Of a DNA stretch of 64,000 bases, positions 18,748 to 29,600 are shown one piece after another. The position numbers and the translations under genes are program-made. Position 1 is the first letter of the stretch. Every line of letters starts with the position of its first letter. The stretch spans positions 8,255 to 72,254 of the forward strand of contig JAVZLS010000006.1 in the NCBI GenBank assembly GCA_038883715.1. Reading direction: 5' to 3'. The notes beneath the pieces were generated by a model, which had not been told where the DNA came from, searched no databases, and saw only the letters and a list, made by a program, of their open reading frames with translations. Origin of the DNA: Candidatus Bathyarchaeia archaeon (GTDB lineage Archaea; Thermoproteota; Bathyarchaeia; Bathyarchaeales; Bathycorpusculaceae).

Positions 18748-20535
18748 TTAGACGTTTGGGTTTTCGAAGGCTGTTATTATCCATTTTTCTCCACATTTTT
18801 CAATTTGTAAAGTCACAATGTGGTCTTTTTCTGTTGCCATTAACTTGTTCCACTGGATTGCTGGAAGATCCTTTGGGGTTGCCTCCACCCACTCGTAGGT
18901 GGCGTTATCCAAGCGGAGAACTATGTGGGTTGTCCCATCCTCCACATACTCATATTTGCCCAAAACCTTGGCGCTAACTTCTATTTCGGTTATAACTCCG
19001 AAAAGTTTTAGGAAATCCAACCGAGTGCTGCGTACAAGCTGTTCGCTTGTCATGCCCTCCTCATGCATTTTTATGGCTATTTTACTTGTTTCCTCTGCAT
19101 CGACTATGGCAAAACCCGCAAGATAGATGGTTTCCTCTTTCCCTGCGGCTTCACGCCAGTAAATGGGCACATACCAAGCAAGTCGATAATTGCCAGTTGA
19201 TATTTGCACTGGGTATAGAAGCGGCATTTCAGCGTCGTACATCCCTGCAGCAGGTTTGGGAAGTCTTCCCTCAACAAGGTCTTCTGCTGTCATGCCTGAA
19301 ATGTAATTGGCTTGCCTAAAATCGTAGAAGAATATGCTGTTTCTTGTGGCTTTAAAAACGCCAGAAAGGGTCCGTTTATTGCCAATAGGGTTCACACAGA
19401 TTAAGGCTACAACATCGCCTGTTTCTGGGTCTACGATATAACGTGTGTCCTCCGTCATCTCGAAGCGTTCTCGGCTAGGTGGGATAAGCCACAAGAAACC
19501 TCCAGCCCAGTAGTCAAAGCCTGCGCCTCTTCTGAAGTTTCCCATCTCGTTTATCATTTCTTCAAGCCAGGTTTCATCGTAAACTTGCGTAACCCAGCTA
19601 GGGACCTGAGGTAGCGACCCTGCTTGGGGATAAAGGTTGCCCTTTTCATCATAAATTATTGGGGTTTCATAGCGCCTTATTAGGTCAAAGCCGACACTAT
19701 AGCGGGTTACAACGTACACTGTTTCGTTTGTTTCAAAATTCCATGTTATGTAGGCAACACCATAACACTTTGACATGTCGTTTATGTAAGAGCGAAAGTG
19801 GATGTTATGATCAAACCATAAGGATTCGCCGACGGCAAATTCCCTTTTCAAAATTTTAGGGGGCGCCAATGGATCTGTGGCGTCTATTATCACAAAACCC
19901 TTCACATAGTTTTCAGCTATAACGTTTGTTGAGCCTATGACGGCAACCCAGACCAGTTTGCCTTCCGGGGTTTTTGTGATGTGGCATCCCAAAACTTGGG
20001 TGTTACTTCCAAACTCTGACATGTGACGTCGGGCTACCGAAATGGCAAGTTCCTCAGTTACGAGACGCACCATGTTGTCTGGAATTTCGGTATTGAAGGG
20101 CAATCCAGACCCCATGTGGATGAAGTTGTTAAAGTATGCGGCGTTAGCTACTCTCTGAACTTGCCAAAAGGCAACCATTGTGGAGGCTGCAAGCAAGTAA
20201 ACGAGAAACAAAATGCCCAAAAGCCTCGCCCCAGTTTTTAACGAAATTTTCCACGGTAAACGCCTATGAGGATAATAATAGTTCTTTTCAGCTTTCTCTA
20301 AATCGATGGGTTTTATGGAAAAGGCAGACTCCACAAAGGCGACAAACATTCTAAGGAAAATAAGGAGATAAATGAAAACGCTTAATGGAGTCTGAAGAAA
20401 CTGGATTATGAAGAATAGAAATAAGCCTAAAAAAAGCGAAATTATCCTTCTAGATTTTCTCCAGCTATCTTTCCGCGGGGGTATTGGGATATACCATACT
20501 ATTGCCCAAATCAAAAGGAATGCGAAGAGGTTCAC
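18748..20535 (-). CDS. Hypothetical membrane protein with large extracytoplasmic domain
   Basis: 595-aa ORF with about 4 N-terminal hydrophobic segments followed by a soluble beta-rich region. Confidence 0.75.
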   Translation of the reverse strand: MNLFAFLLIWAIVWYIPIPPRKDSWRKSRRIISLFLGLFLFFIIQFLQTPLSVFIYLLIFLRMFVAFVESAFSIKPIDLEKAEKNYYYPHRRLPWKISLKTGARLLGILFLVYLLAASTMVAFWQVQRVANAAYFNNFIHMGSGLPFNTEIPDNMVRLVTEELAISVARRHMSEFGSNTQVLGCHITKTPEGKLVWVAVIGSTNVIAENYVKGFVIIDATDPLAPPKILKREFAVGESLWFDHNIHFRSYINDMSKCYGVAYITWNFETNETVYVVTRYSVGFDLIRRYETPIIYDEKGNLYPQAGSLPQVPSWVTQVYDETWLEEMINEMGNFRRGAGFDYWAGGFLWLIPPSRERFEMTEDTRYIVDPETGDVVALICVNPIGNKRTLSGVFKATRNSIFFYDFRQANYISGMTAEDLVEGRLPKPAAGMYDAEMPLLYPVQISTGNYRLAWYVPIYWREAAGKEETIYLAGFAIVDAEETSKIAIKMHEEGMTSEQLVRSTRLDFLKLFGVITEIEVSAKVLGKYEYVEDGTTHIVLRLDNATYEWVEATPKDLPAIQWNKLMATEKDHIVTLQIEKCGEKWIITAFENPNV

Positions 20536-20692
20536 AGCAAATCACCTTACCTAAATTTTACCACGCCTTGCTTGAAAGGTTTTGCCATCTCTGCCACACA
20601 ACACAAAAGTCGGTAATTTAGGCAAAACTCTTAATACCCAATTAAAGACCCCTAAATGCAAGAGTATTAAATCGCTTTGAACGGGTGCCGAA

Positions 20693-21829
20693 ATGGATAG
20701 CAAAAATGAGGCAAGAACCTTCCTACAAGGAAGCGAGGCATGCGTTGAGGCTGCGCTAATTGCTGGCTGCAAGTTTTTTGCTGGTTATCCTATATCGCCA
20801 GCTAATGAAATTGCTGAGCATATGGCGGCACGTCTTCCAAAGGTTGGCGGTATATTCCTACAAATGGAGGATGAATTGGCTTCCATGGGTGCTGTTGTTG
20901 GTGCAAGCTGGTGCGGTGTTAAGGCTATGACTGCCACTTCTGGTCCAGGGTTTAGTTTGATGCAGGAGACCATAGGTTGGGCTTTTATGACTGAAACACC
21001 ATGCGTGATAGTTGATGTCCAGAGGGTTGGTCCCGGCACTGGACAAGCGACCAAGTGTGCGCAGGGCGATGTTATGCAGGCTCGCTGGGGAACCCATGGC
21101 GATTACATGGCTATTTCGCTGTGTCCTAACTCCGTCCAAGAAGTTTTCGAGCTTACCATTAGGGCGTTTAACCTTGCGGAGAAATATCGCACTCCAGTCA
21201 CTTTGCTGACGGATGAGACCACCGTGCATCTTCGGGAACATTTGGTTATACCGCCCTTGGAAAGCATAGAAATAGTCAACCGCAAAAAGCCCCAGGCCGG
21301 AGAACAGGTCTTTTTCGGCTTGGAAAGTGTGGCGCCCATGCCGTCCATCGGTGAAGGATTTAATGTGGCTGTTACTGGCTCAACCCACGACGAGAAGGGG
21401 GTTAGGTTTACCGCCGATCCAACAGTGCACAGGCGTGTTATAGAGGCAATTAACAACAAGATAAGGAAAAATGTGGATGACATTGTGGAGGTGGAAAGCT
21501 ACCATATTGAAGATTGCAAGGTGGGTATAGTGGCTTACGGCATCACTTCAAGGGCAATTTATGAGGCTGTTGAAGAAGCTGAGAAACTGGGCGTAAAAGT
21601 TGGCTATGTCCGCCTAAAAACCCTTTGGCCCTTCCCAGAAAAACCGGTGCAGAGGCTTGCGGAAAACGCCGAAAAAATAATCGTGCCGGAAATGAATTTG
21701 GGGCAAATAGTTAACGAGGTTAAGAGGGTTGCTGGTTGCACGGAGATTGTTCCACTTAACAAGATAGGCGGCGGCGAACTAATCACACCAGAAGAAATTT
21801 TGGAAAAAATTCTGAAGGAGGCAAAATAA
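20693..21829 (+). CDS. korA: 2-oxoacid:ferredoxin oxidoreductase alpha subunit
   Basis: FAGYPISP, QMEDE, TATSGPG, PEMNLGQ. Confidence 0.9.
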   Translation: MDSKNEARTFLQGSEACVEAALIAGCKFFAGYPISPANEIAEHMAARLPKVGGIFLQMEDELASMGAVVGASWCGVKAMTATSGPGFSLMQETIGWAFMTETPCVIVDVQRVGPGTGQATKCAQGDVMQARWGTHGDYMAISLCPNSVQEVFELTIRAFNLAEKYRTPVTLLTDETTVHLREHLVIPPLESIEIVNRKKPQAGEQVFFGLESVAPMPSIGEGFNVAVTGSTHDEKGVRFTADPTVHRRVIEAINNKIRKNVDDIVEVESYHIEDCKVGIVAYGITSRAIYEAVEEAEKLGVKVGYVRLKTLWPFPEKPVQRLAENAEKIIVPEMNLGQIVNEVKRVAGCTEIVPLNKIGGGELITPEEILEKILKEAK

Positions 21830-21831
21830 GA

Positions 21832-22662
21832 ATGAGCGAAAGAACATTTTCACCTAGCAACTATTTGAGGCTGGGGTTACGTTTTCCCTTCTGCCCGGGC
21901 TGCGGTTTATACGTCCTCAGCGACGCATTTTTAAGGGCTGTTTTTGAGCTTGGCTACGACGATTTCAGAAAGTTCTGTTTTGTCAGCGGAATCGGCTGCT
22001 CTTCGTGGATACCCTCGCCCTACTATTTGGCGGATTCCGTCCACACATTGCATGGGAGAAGCATACCAGTGGCTACGAGTATAAAGCTTCTGAGGCCTGA
22101 ACTCCATGTTATCGTCTTCGGCGGTGATGGAGATATCGTCGGGATTGGCATGGGACACTTCATACATGCGGCAAGGAGAAACACCGACATCCTTGTCATA
22201 ATGGGCAACAATATGATTTATGGCATGACTGGTGGTCAAGTAGCCCCTACAACACCTTTAAAGACGAGGACAACCACAACTCCTTATGGAAGTTTTGAGC
22301 ACCCGTTGGACGCCGCCAAACTTGCAGCTGTGGCTGGAGCCAACTACTCGGCGAGGTGGACAGCCGCCCATCCAAAAGAGCTTAAAGAGTGCTTTAAAAG
22401 GGCGCTTCAAATGGACGGTTTCAGATTCGTCGAAGTTATTACCCAATGCCCAACAGCTTATGGCAGAAGAGCCGGATTCAAAGATATTGGAGAGATGCTG
22501 AAGTGGTTTAGAGAAAACGCCGTTCCAGTGGCGGAGGCGGAAAAAATGGGTGAAGAAGAGCTTGAAGGTAAAATTGTTGTGGGCGAGTTCATCCAAAGGA
22601 TGAGGCTAACTCTTGTTGAAAGTGTTTATGCTGTTTTAAAGGAGGCGAAAAAAAATGCCTAA
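21832..22662 (+). CDS. korB: 2-oxoacid:ferredoxin oxidoreductase beta subunit
   Basis: FCPGCG, SGIGCS, TPP motif GDGD...NN, YGMTGGQ, QCPT. Confidence 0.9.
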   Translation: MSERTFSPSNYLRLGLRFPFCPGCGLYVLSDAFLRAVFELGYDDFRKFCFVSGIGCSSWIPSPYYLADSVHTLHGRSIPVATSIKLLRPELHVIVFGGDGDIVGIGMGHFIHAARRNTDILVIMGNNMIYGMTGGQVAPTTPLKTRTTTTPYGSFEHPLDAAKLAAVAGANYSARWTAAHPKELKECFKRALQMDGFRFVEVITQCPTAYGRRAGFKDIGEMLKWFRENAVPVAEAEKMGEEELEGKIVVGEFIQRMRLTLVESVYAVLKEAKKNA

Positions 22663-23182
22663 AAGAATTGAGATTGTAATTGGTGGGCATGGCGGCCAAG
22701 GCGTCATCTTAGCAGGGCAAATTTTGGGCAAAGCAGCCGCCCTTGAAGGGAAGAACGTTGTGCAAACCCAAAGTTACGGTGCAGAAGCTCGTGGAAGCCT
22801 AGCAAAAAGCGAAGTAATAATCTCCGACAGCCTAATAGGTTTTCCAGCAGTTCGAAGATGCGATGTGCTTGTGGCTATGAACCAAGAGTTCCTTGACAAA
22901 TACCTACCCCTCTTGAAAGATGAAGGCACACTAATAGTTGACAGCAGCATCGAAAAAATCCCAAAAGTGAAAGCCAAAACATTCAAGGTGCCAGCTGTTG
23001 AAACAGCCAAGAAGGTCTTTGGAGAGAGCCTCTTCGCTAACATGGTCATACTCGGTGCATTAACAAAAATAACACAGCTGGTTAGCGTTGAATCTATGGA
23101 GAAGAGCATAAGGGAAAGTGTCTCAGAAAAGACATTGGAGACAAATTTGAACGCTTTTAGAAAGGGCTTGCAGCTCGTTTAG
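22655..23182 (+). CDS. 2-oxoacid:ferredoxin oxidoreductase gamma subunit
   Basis: GHGGQG, QSYGAEARG, NMVILGA. Confidence 0.9.
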   Translation: MPKRIEIVIGGHGGQGVILAGQILGKAAALEGKNVVQTQSYGAEARGSLAKSEVIISDSLIGFPAVRRCDVLVAMNQEFLDKYLPLLKDEGTLIVDSSIEKIPKVKAKTFKVPAVETAKKVFGESLFANMVILGALTKITQLVSVESMEKSIRESVSEKTLETNLNAFRKGLQLV

Positions 23183-23263
23183 TGGTATAGAAGGTTTGCC
23201 GAACCTTCAAAACAAATTTTATATGCCTTCAACAATCTAGGTTAGGCTTAAAAGGTGAATGTT

Positions 23264-24481
23264 ATGGTGGATTTCAGCTTCACCGAAGAACAAGAACTTT
23301 TCCGCAAAGCGGTCCGCGAGTGGTGCCAAAAAGAGTTGCCACTGGAAAAGGTTAGGGAAATGGACAGCAAAGGCGAAATTCCAAGGGAGATAATCAAGGG
23401 CTTGGCGGATCTAGGGCTGCTTTTAATGACTGTGCCAGAAGAACACGGCGGAGCTGGTGCCGACTGGATTACGACCTGCATTGCAGCTGAGGAGTTGGGC
23501 TATGCCGACATAAGCATTGCAGTGCCAGTGCTCTTCCTAGTTGAGGCTTCATGGGGCTTCGTAACCGACAAGTACTGCACAGAACAAGTCCGAGAAGAAG
23601 TCATAAGAAAAGCCGCTAGAGGCGAAGCCTTCATAGGCATAGCCTCAACAGAAGCCGGCGGAGGCTCAGATGTTGCAGCCATAAAGTCAATAGGCACAAA
23701 AGACGGAGATCATTGGATCTTGAACGGGGAAAAGACCTACATAAGCGGAACAGAAGAAGCCAAAAAACTGGGCGGAGGACACTTTACGCTAGTTAGAACC
23801 GCGCCGCCGCCTCCCGGAGCAACCCACCGAGGCATGACAGCCTTCTACCTACCAATAAATGCGCCAGGCGTGGAGGTTGGCAAACGCTTCGAGGAGATGG
23901 GGCGCATGGCAATTTCAACCGGAAGCATAGTTATGGACAATGTTAAGCTTTCCGATGCCTATCGCATAGGCGAAGAGGGAAGGGGCTTCTACCTAACAAT
24001 GGAGGGCTTTGACAACGCGAGGCTACTGATAGGCGCCACCTGTTTGGGTGCCGCCCAAAAAGCCTTGGAGCTGGGAATGGAGTACATTAAGGAGCGAAAA
24101 GCCTTTGGAAATCCCATTGGCAAGTACGAGGGCATCCAGTTTGACTTGGCGGACATGTGGGCTGAACTTGAGGCTTTAAGGTCTCTTGTCTACCGCACAG
24201 CGTGGATGAACGACGAAAAGTATAAGCGGGGACGCTTCACATCACTGGAAGTCACAAAATATATTTCAGCGGTTAAGTTGAGGGTCCCGCCCTTCGCCTT
24301 CAAAGTTTTCGAGCATGTGCTCCTTTGGATGGGGGCTTGGGGCTACACAAGAGACTGCCCACTAGAAATGGGGCTGCGAGGCATAATGTCCTACTATATC
24401 GGGGCTGAGGGCGCCATGAATATCCAAAGAATAATCATAGCCAGGGAACTGCTGGGCAGAGACTACATACCATACAAATAA
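23264..24481 (+). CDS. Acyl-CoA dehydrogenase
   Basis: STEAGGGSD, LNGEKTYIS, RKAFGNPIG, GAWGY, EGAMNIQR. Confidence 0.92.
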   Translation: MVDFSFTEEQELFRKAVREWCQKELPLEKVREMDSKGEIPREIIKGLADLGLLLMTVPEEHGGAGADWITTCIAAEELGYADISIAVPVLFLVEASWGFVTDKYCTEQVREEVIRKAARGEAFIGIASTEAGGGSDVAAIKSIGTKDGDHWILNGEKTYISGTEEAKKLGGGHFTLVRTAPPPPGATHRGMTAFYLPINAPGVEVGKRFEEMGRMAISTGSIVMDNVKLSDAYRIGEEGRGFYLTMEGFDNARLLIGATCLGAAQKALELGMEYIKERKAFGNPIGKYEGIQFDLADMWAELEALRSLVYRTAWMNDEKYKRGRFTSLEVTKYISAVKLRVPPFAFKVFEHVLLWMGAWGYTRDCPLEMGLRGIMSYYIGAEGAMNIQRIIIARELLGRDYIPYK

Positions 24482-24522
24482 CCCTCCCTTTTCAATATCA
24501 TTACTGTTTAAGGCTGCCTTTA

Positions 24523-25632
24523 ATGAGCTATAAAATAAAATGCACCGTTTGCGGACAAGAATCCCGAAGCCTAATAGATTACAAGTGCCGAGAATGCGGA
24601 AACCCGCTGGATATAAAACTTAACACAGCCTTCAACATTGGAGACATCCAAACAAGCATTTATGGCGCTTGGCGTTACACAAAATTTTTCCCCTACGTGA
24701 AAACCTCAGAGATTGTCACCCTTGGTGAGGGCTGGACACCGCTAGTTAAGTTTTCGGAAAACCTCTACTTCAAGCTTGAAAACCTAAACCCAACAGGCTC
24801 TTTCAAGGATAGAGGCTCAACAGTGCTGCTATCCGCTATCCATAAGCAGATTAAGGCTTGTGGCGGCTATATTGCCGAGGACTCTTCTGGAAATGCTGGA
24901 GCATCAATAGCAGCTTATGCTGCCCGTGCGGGAATAAAAGCCAAAATATACGTGCCGGAAAACGTTTCTGGACTGAAATTCAACCAGATAATGTTTTATG
25001 GCGCAGAGGTCACCAAAGTTGCTGGTTCTAGAAGTCGTGTGGCTGATGAAGCCCAAAAGCCAGAAACGGGAAAATTTTATGTTGGGCACATTTTGCATCC
25101 CCTCTTCCGCGACGGAATAAGAAGCCTAGCCTACGAAATAACCGAACAACTAAGATGGAAACCTCCGGAAAGGGTTTACCTTCCAGTATCAGCTGGAACA
25201 CTGCTCTTAGGCGTTATAAACGGTTTTAGGCATTTGAAAGAGGCTGGCATAATCAAGGATTTACCGAAAATTGTGGCGTGCCAAACAAGGCAAGTCTCAC
25301 CATTATACCACCGTTTTAAAGGCCTGCCTTACCAACCCCCAGAAAAGATAAACTCTATCGCGGATGCGCTGGTAAGCACAAAACCGCCACTCTTAGAGCT
25401 TATGGTTAAAAGTTTAAAAGAGGTTAAAGGCGACGCTATAATGGTTGAGGAAGAGGAAATTCACCAAGCCTTCAGAGAATTAGCTAGAATGGGATTCTTT
25501 GTTGAGCCAAGTTCAGCCGTGGCTTATGCAGCCTACCAAAAACAACGAAGAAAAGAAGTAGCAGCACTAAAAGAGAAGACGGTAATAATCCTGACCGGAA
25601 CGGGACTGAAAACATCCATAAAACCAAGCTAA
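24523..25632 (+). CDS. Threonine synthase-like fold-type II PLP enzyme with N-terminal Zn-ribbon
   Basis: CxxC...CxxC, LGEGWTPL, NPTGSFKDRG, DSSGNAG, EPSSA, LTGTGLK. Confidence 0.85.
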   Translation: MSYKIKCTVCGQESRSLIDYKCRECGNPLDIKLNTAFNIGDIQTSIYGAWRYTKFFPYVKTSEIVTLGEGWTPLVKFSENLYFKLENLNPTGSFKDRGSTVLLSAIHKQIKACGGYIAEDSSGNAGASIAAYAARAGIKAKIYVPENVSGLKFNQIMFYGAEVTKVAGSRSRVADEAQKPETGKFYVGHILHPLFRDGIRSLAYEITEQLRWKPPERVYLPVSAGTLLLGVINGFRHLKEAGIIKDLPKIVACQTRQVSPLYHRFKGLPYQPPEKINSIADALVSTKPPLLELMVKSLKEVKGDAIMVEEEEIHQAFRELARMGFFVEPSSAVAYAAYQKQRRKEVAALKEKTVIILTGTGLKTSIKPS

Positions 25633-25751
25633 AACATAAGCCTATATGAAAGATTATTTGCAAAATTGGCATAGTCCGATAATGGAAATTAAATTAACTC
25701 TTAGAGTTGAGTTGCGCAAAACATAGAGTTATAAAAAGTGTGGTTGGTGGC

Positions 25752-27407
25752 TTATAATTTCAGCTTTCTTTTTGAAAGGATAAGGGCTGCTGGGGAAATC
25801 ATGAGCAGTGGTAGGATTAGACTTGGTGGGAATTCCGGAATTACGTGGGTTCCTTGGATAGTGACCGTTTTTGTGCTGTGGTTGTAGGTGAAGTAGAGAT
25901 ATGTGAAGTTTTCATCTTCAAATTCAAGATAGTTGGTTATAGGCTGATCCCCTATAGTTATGGTCCATCCGTCTTCTACCCACATAAGGCTTTTCGGAAT
26001 AGTTACTCTGCAGAAGCCCATTGTTCCATAATCGCCGGTAACGTTAAACCGTAAGAAAGCTCCCCCGTCTGGATTAAAATAGAAACTTGAAACGGTGGAA
26101 TTGCTAATAACTTCAACATTGTAGGCAACACTATTCCATATGCCAGCATCGAACTTGTTGAATGGAGCCATGAGTGGATAACGGTCTTGATTACGAGAGT
26201 TAATACTGCATGCCTTATCGCCTATTCCATCACTTCCTGTTTTATTTTGATAAATTCCACTTTTTGTATCAGTGCCTACATAGTTGCTCCAAAAGTTACC
26301 GCCAGATGGGTAACCATCGTCCCAAATGTTAACCGAACTATCAGTGTCTACATTCAGCGCATTGCCAATAAAATTATTATGATATATGAAGTTGGTCGAG
26401 GTGTCAGCAATACCTACGCCGTGCCAGTTATTTTTAATAATGTTAGCAAATATTTTATTGTTTTTTGGGTACTCGCCACCAATTGGACGCCCTTTTATAC
26501 ATATTCCTACATCACAACCTTCAATTTCATTATTGCAAATGATATTTTTGAATGCCATAATCGTAATGCCCTCACCATCAACATCAACAATTCTGTTCCC
26601 AGAAACAAAATTTTCATCTCCATCTAAGTGAATCCCCTGACCAGATTGAGGCCCACTTACATAATTGTTTTGTATAACATTTTGCGGGCTGTCAATTTTG
26701 ATACTTCGCACTTGATTGTCAACGACGCGATTTCCGGAGATAGTGTTATTTGACCCAATAATATAAATGCCGAATTCCGTTCTTTCGACGCGATTTTCTA
26801 TGAAGGAATTATTGTGGCTTCTTAGCATAACTATACCATATGCTATATCATATGTAGTAAAGTTTGCAAGAGTATTGTCATCTATAACGTTAAAATGAGA
26901 ATCTTCAAGGTATATGCAATATGCAGTTTCAATAGTGTTTTTTGAAATGAGATTATTATGAGAGTTAATTACATGTATTCCATAATCGGCTATTTTAATT
27001 TTGTTTGAAAAATAACTACAATGGGAAGAGTTAGCTGAGTAAATCGCATTTCCAAAACCAATTATTTTCATATTGCATATGGTGACATTACGCCGATGCT
27101 GAATTGCGATGCCTTTATAATAATATCCTTGTGCGTTTGGACTACTTTGGATGACAAATCCTGCACCATCAAGCAATATGTTGTCCCTTTCAATTATAAT
27201 CGCATCATTGTAGCTTGTAATGTTGTCGGTTAAGGTATATACGTCACCATTTCTTTGAATTGGTGCGCCTTCAGGGTCTATGGTCCCATCAGCTCTAATA
27301 TAAACTGTTCCGGTCCAGTCTGTCTTGGCTGGTTTAATGTTAAATGCAAAAGCCGAAATGCCTATCAAAAAAATTGTGAGCACAATTGTATAAATTATCC
27401 TCTTCAT
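25752..27407 (-). CDS. Cell-surface right-handed beta-helix (NosD/CASH) protein with PEF-CTERM sorting signal
   Basis: Signal peptide, Asn-rich GIxL..S.NN repeats, WDDGYPSGGNFW, then C-terminal VIPEF, a hydrophobic helix and a KRKLK tail. Confidence 0.85.
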   Translation of the reverse strand: MKRIIYTIVLTIFLIGISAFAFNIKPAKTDWTGTVYIRADGTIDPEGAPIQRNGDVYTLTDNITSYNDAIIIERDNILLDGAGFVIQSSPNAQGYYYKGIAIQHRRNVTICNMKIIGFGNAIYSANSSHCSYFSNKIKIADYGIHVINSHNNLISKNTIETAYCIYLEDSHFNVIDDNTLANFTTYDIAYGIVMLRSHNNSFIENRVERTEFGIYIIGSNNTISGNRVVDNQVRSIKIDSPQNVIQNNYVSGPQSGQGIHLDGDENFVSGNRIVDVDGEGITIMAFKNIICNNEIEGCDVGICIKGRPIGGEYPKNNKIFANIIKNNWHGVGIADTSTNFIYHNNFIGNALNVDTDSSVNIWDDGYPSGGNFWSNYVGTDTKSGIYQNKTGSDGIGDKACSINSRNQDRYPLMAPFNKFDAGIWNSVAYNVEVISNSTVSSFYFNPDGGAFLRFNVTGDYGTMGFCRVTIPKSLMWVEDGWTITIGDQPITNYLEFEDENFTYLYFTYNHSTKTVTIQGTHVIPEFPPSLILPLLMISPAALILSKRKLKL

Positions 27408-27611
27408 CTTCCTCTCCTTATCCGCGTATGGGTAGGAGAAAATAGATTCACAATATTTAAACTTTTAGGAAAAATCCTCTATAAGTTTTTAACATAACAT
27501 TCACCATCTTACTTCTGTTAAGAGACATTAAAAGGAACTGCTAATGAATTTGTAATAGAAGGCCGATGAGGCGTGTTTGCTTTAGAAACGTTGTTAGTTG
27601 GGCGTAGTTGA

Positions 27612-27626
27612 GGAAAAATTTATATT
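27612..27626 (+). promoter_or_regulatory. BRE/TATA promoter of the thermosome gene
   Basis: GGAAAAA followed by TTTATAT, about 45 bp upstream of the thermosome start. Confidence 0.55.
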
Positions 27627-27668
27627 GTAATGCTGTTTCTCATTGTGACGCATTAGGGGGTTGTTGGT

Positions 27669-29300
27669 TTGTCATCACCCGCATCAACAGGAGTCCCAGT
27701 TCTCATATTAAAGGAAGGCTCAACCCGCTCGAGGGGTAGGGAGGCCCAGCACACGAACATTATGGCGGCTCGCATAATAGCCGAAACAGTGAAAAGTTCT
27801 CTCGGGCCGAAGGGCATGGATAAGATGCTTGTGGACAGTTTTGGCGACGTCACAATAACCAGCGATGGGCGCACAATTTTGGATGAGATGGATGTTCAGC
27901 ATCCAGCTGCCAAAATGATGGTTGAAGTGGCTAAAACGCAGGACAATGAGGCTGGAGATGGAACGACAACAGCTGTTATTTTGGCTGGAGAATTGCTGGC
28001 GAAGGCTGAAGAGCTTATTGGCAAGAACATTCACCCAACAATTATAATTGATGGTTATAAGAAAGCCTTGGATAAGTCCCTTGAAGTTTTGGAGAAAATC
28101 GCCATACCGGTTGACCTAAACTCTCAGGAGTATTTGCGAAAGGCTGCAATGACATCTATGGCGAGCAAGCTTGTTGCCGAACATAGAGAATACCTAGCCG
28201 ACTTGGCTGTTAAGGCGATTTTACAGGTGGCGGAGAAGGAAGACGACAAATACAAGGTGGACGTGGACGACGTCAAAGTTGAAAAGAAACCAGGCGAATC
28301 CGTTAGGGACACCATGCTCATAAACGGCATAGTCTTAGACAAGGAAGTTGTCCACTCAGGTATGCCTAAGCGAGTGGAAAACGCCAAAATCGCCTTGCTA
28401 GACTGCCCACTAGAAATTGAGAAGACGGAGTTTGACGCAAAAATAAACATTGAAAGCCCAGAGCAGATGGACGCCTTCCTAAGACAAGAGGAAGCCATGC
28501 TAAAGGATATGGTGGAAAAGCTCGCTGCGGTAGGCGCCAATGTTGTGCTCTGCCAGAAGGGCATAGATGACATGGCACAACACTTCCTAGCCAGAAAAGG
28601 CATTTTGGCAGTGAGACGCATCAAAAAGTCGGACATGGAGAAGCTCGCAAAAGCCACCGGAGGAAAAATAATAACCAACCTGGATGACATGAGCCCGGCA
28701 GACTTGGGCTATGCAAGCCTTGTGGAAGAGCGGAAAATCGGCGACGACAAAATGACCTTTGTTGAAGGTTGCAAACATCCACGGGCAGTCACCATCCTCA
28801 TAAGGGGAGCAACAGAACGCGTGGTGGAAGAGGCTGAACGCTCGGTGCACGACGCCTTATGCGTTGTCCGAGACATAGTTGAAGAACCAAAAGTTTTGGC
28901 TGGTGGTGGCGCACCAGAGCTGGAAATAGCTAAAGCCCTAAAGAAATATGCCGAAACCCTTCCAGGCAGAGAACAATTAGCCGTTAAAAGTTTTGCAGAA
29001 GCCCTGGAGGCTATTCCGGCAACGCTCACTGAAAACGCAGGATTAGACCCGATAGACATACTCTCAGAGTTGAGGGCGAAACATGAGAAGGGCGAAACAT
29101 GGGCTGGAATTGAAGTTCACTCTGGAAAAGTTCAGGACATGCGGGAAGCCGGGGTCTTTGAACCTATATCCGTTAAGAAGCAGGTGGTTAAGTCTGCAAC
29201 CGAAGCCGCGTCTATGATTCTGAAAATCGACGACGTTATAGCCGCCGGAAAGGCTAAAACTCCCCCGATGCCTAAGGGTCCACCTGAAGGCGAATATTAG
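27669..29300 (+). CDS. Thermosome (group II chaperonin) subunit
   Basis: [30 protein letters not shown]. Confidence 0.97.
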   Translation: MSSPASTGVPVLILKEGSTRSRGREAQHTNIMAARIIAETVKSSLGPKGMDKMLVDSFGDVTITSDGRTILDEMDVQHPAAKMMVEVAKTQDNEAGDGTTTAVILAGELLAKAEELIGKNIHPTIIIDGYKKALDKSLEVLEKIAIPVDLNSQEYLRKAAMTSMASKLVAEHREYLADLAVKAILQVAEKEDDKYKVDVDDVKVEKKPGESVRDTMLINGIVLDKEVVHSGMPKRVENAKIALLDCPLEIEKTEFDAKINIESPEQMDAFLRQEEAMLKDMVEKLAAVGANVVLCQKGIDDMAQHFLARKGILAVRRIKKSDMEKLAKATGGKIITNLDDMSPADLGYASLVEERKIGDDKMTFVEGCKHPRAVTILIRGATERVVEEAERSVHDALCVVRDIVEEPKVLAGGGAPELEIAKALKKYAETLPGREQLAVKSFAEALEAIPATLTENAGLDPIDILSELRAKHEKGETWAGIEVHSGKVQDMREAGVFEPISVKKQVVKSATEAASMILKIDDVIAAGKAKTPPMPKGPPEGEY

Positions 29301-29343
29301 GGCACTGGGGAGTTAGAACACGTCTGGAAAAGAGAAGAAAATT

Positions 29344-29586
29344 TTGATTGGTCCTCCAAGGCTTACCCGCTTCGAGAAAGCCAGAGTAGTCGGCGCAAGA
29401 GCCCTACAAATATCCATGGGCGCCCCAATCCTCGTGGACGTCCCAGAAGGCTATTCAAGCCCAATAGACATAGCCCTAAGAGAACTTGAAGCTGGCATAC
29501 TTCCTATAACGATTAGGCGAACCCTTCCAGACGGCACTTATCAAGATATCCCGCTTAAGTGGCTTCTTGAAGAGGAGAAGAAGTAA
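29344..29586 (+). CDS. rpoK: DNA-directed RNA polymerase subunit K (Rpo6)
   Basis: [22 protein letters not shown]. Confidence 0.95.
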   Translation: MIGPPRLTRFEKARVVGARALQISMGAPILVDVPEGYSSPIDIALRELEAGILPITIRRTLPDGTYQDIPLKWLLEEEKK

Positions 29587-29600
29587 AACTCGCCTCTTTT

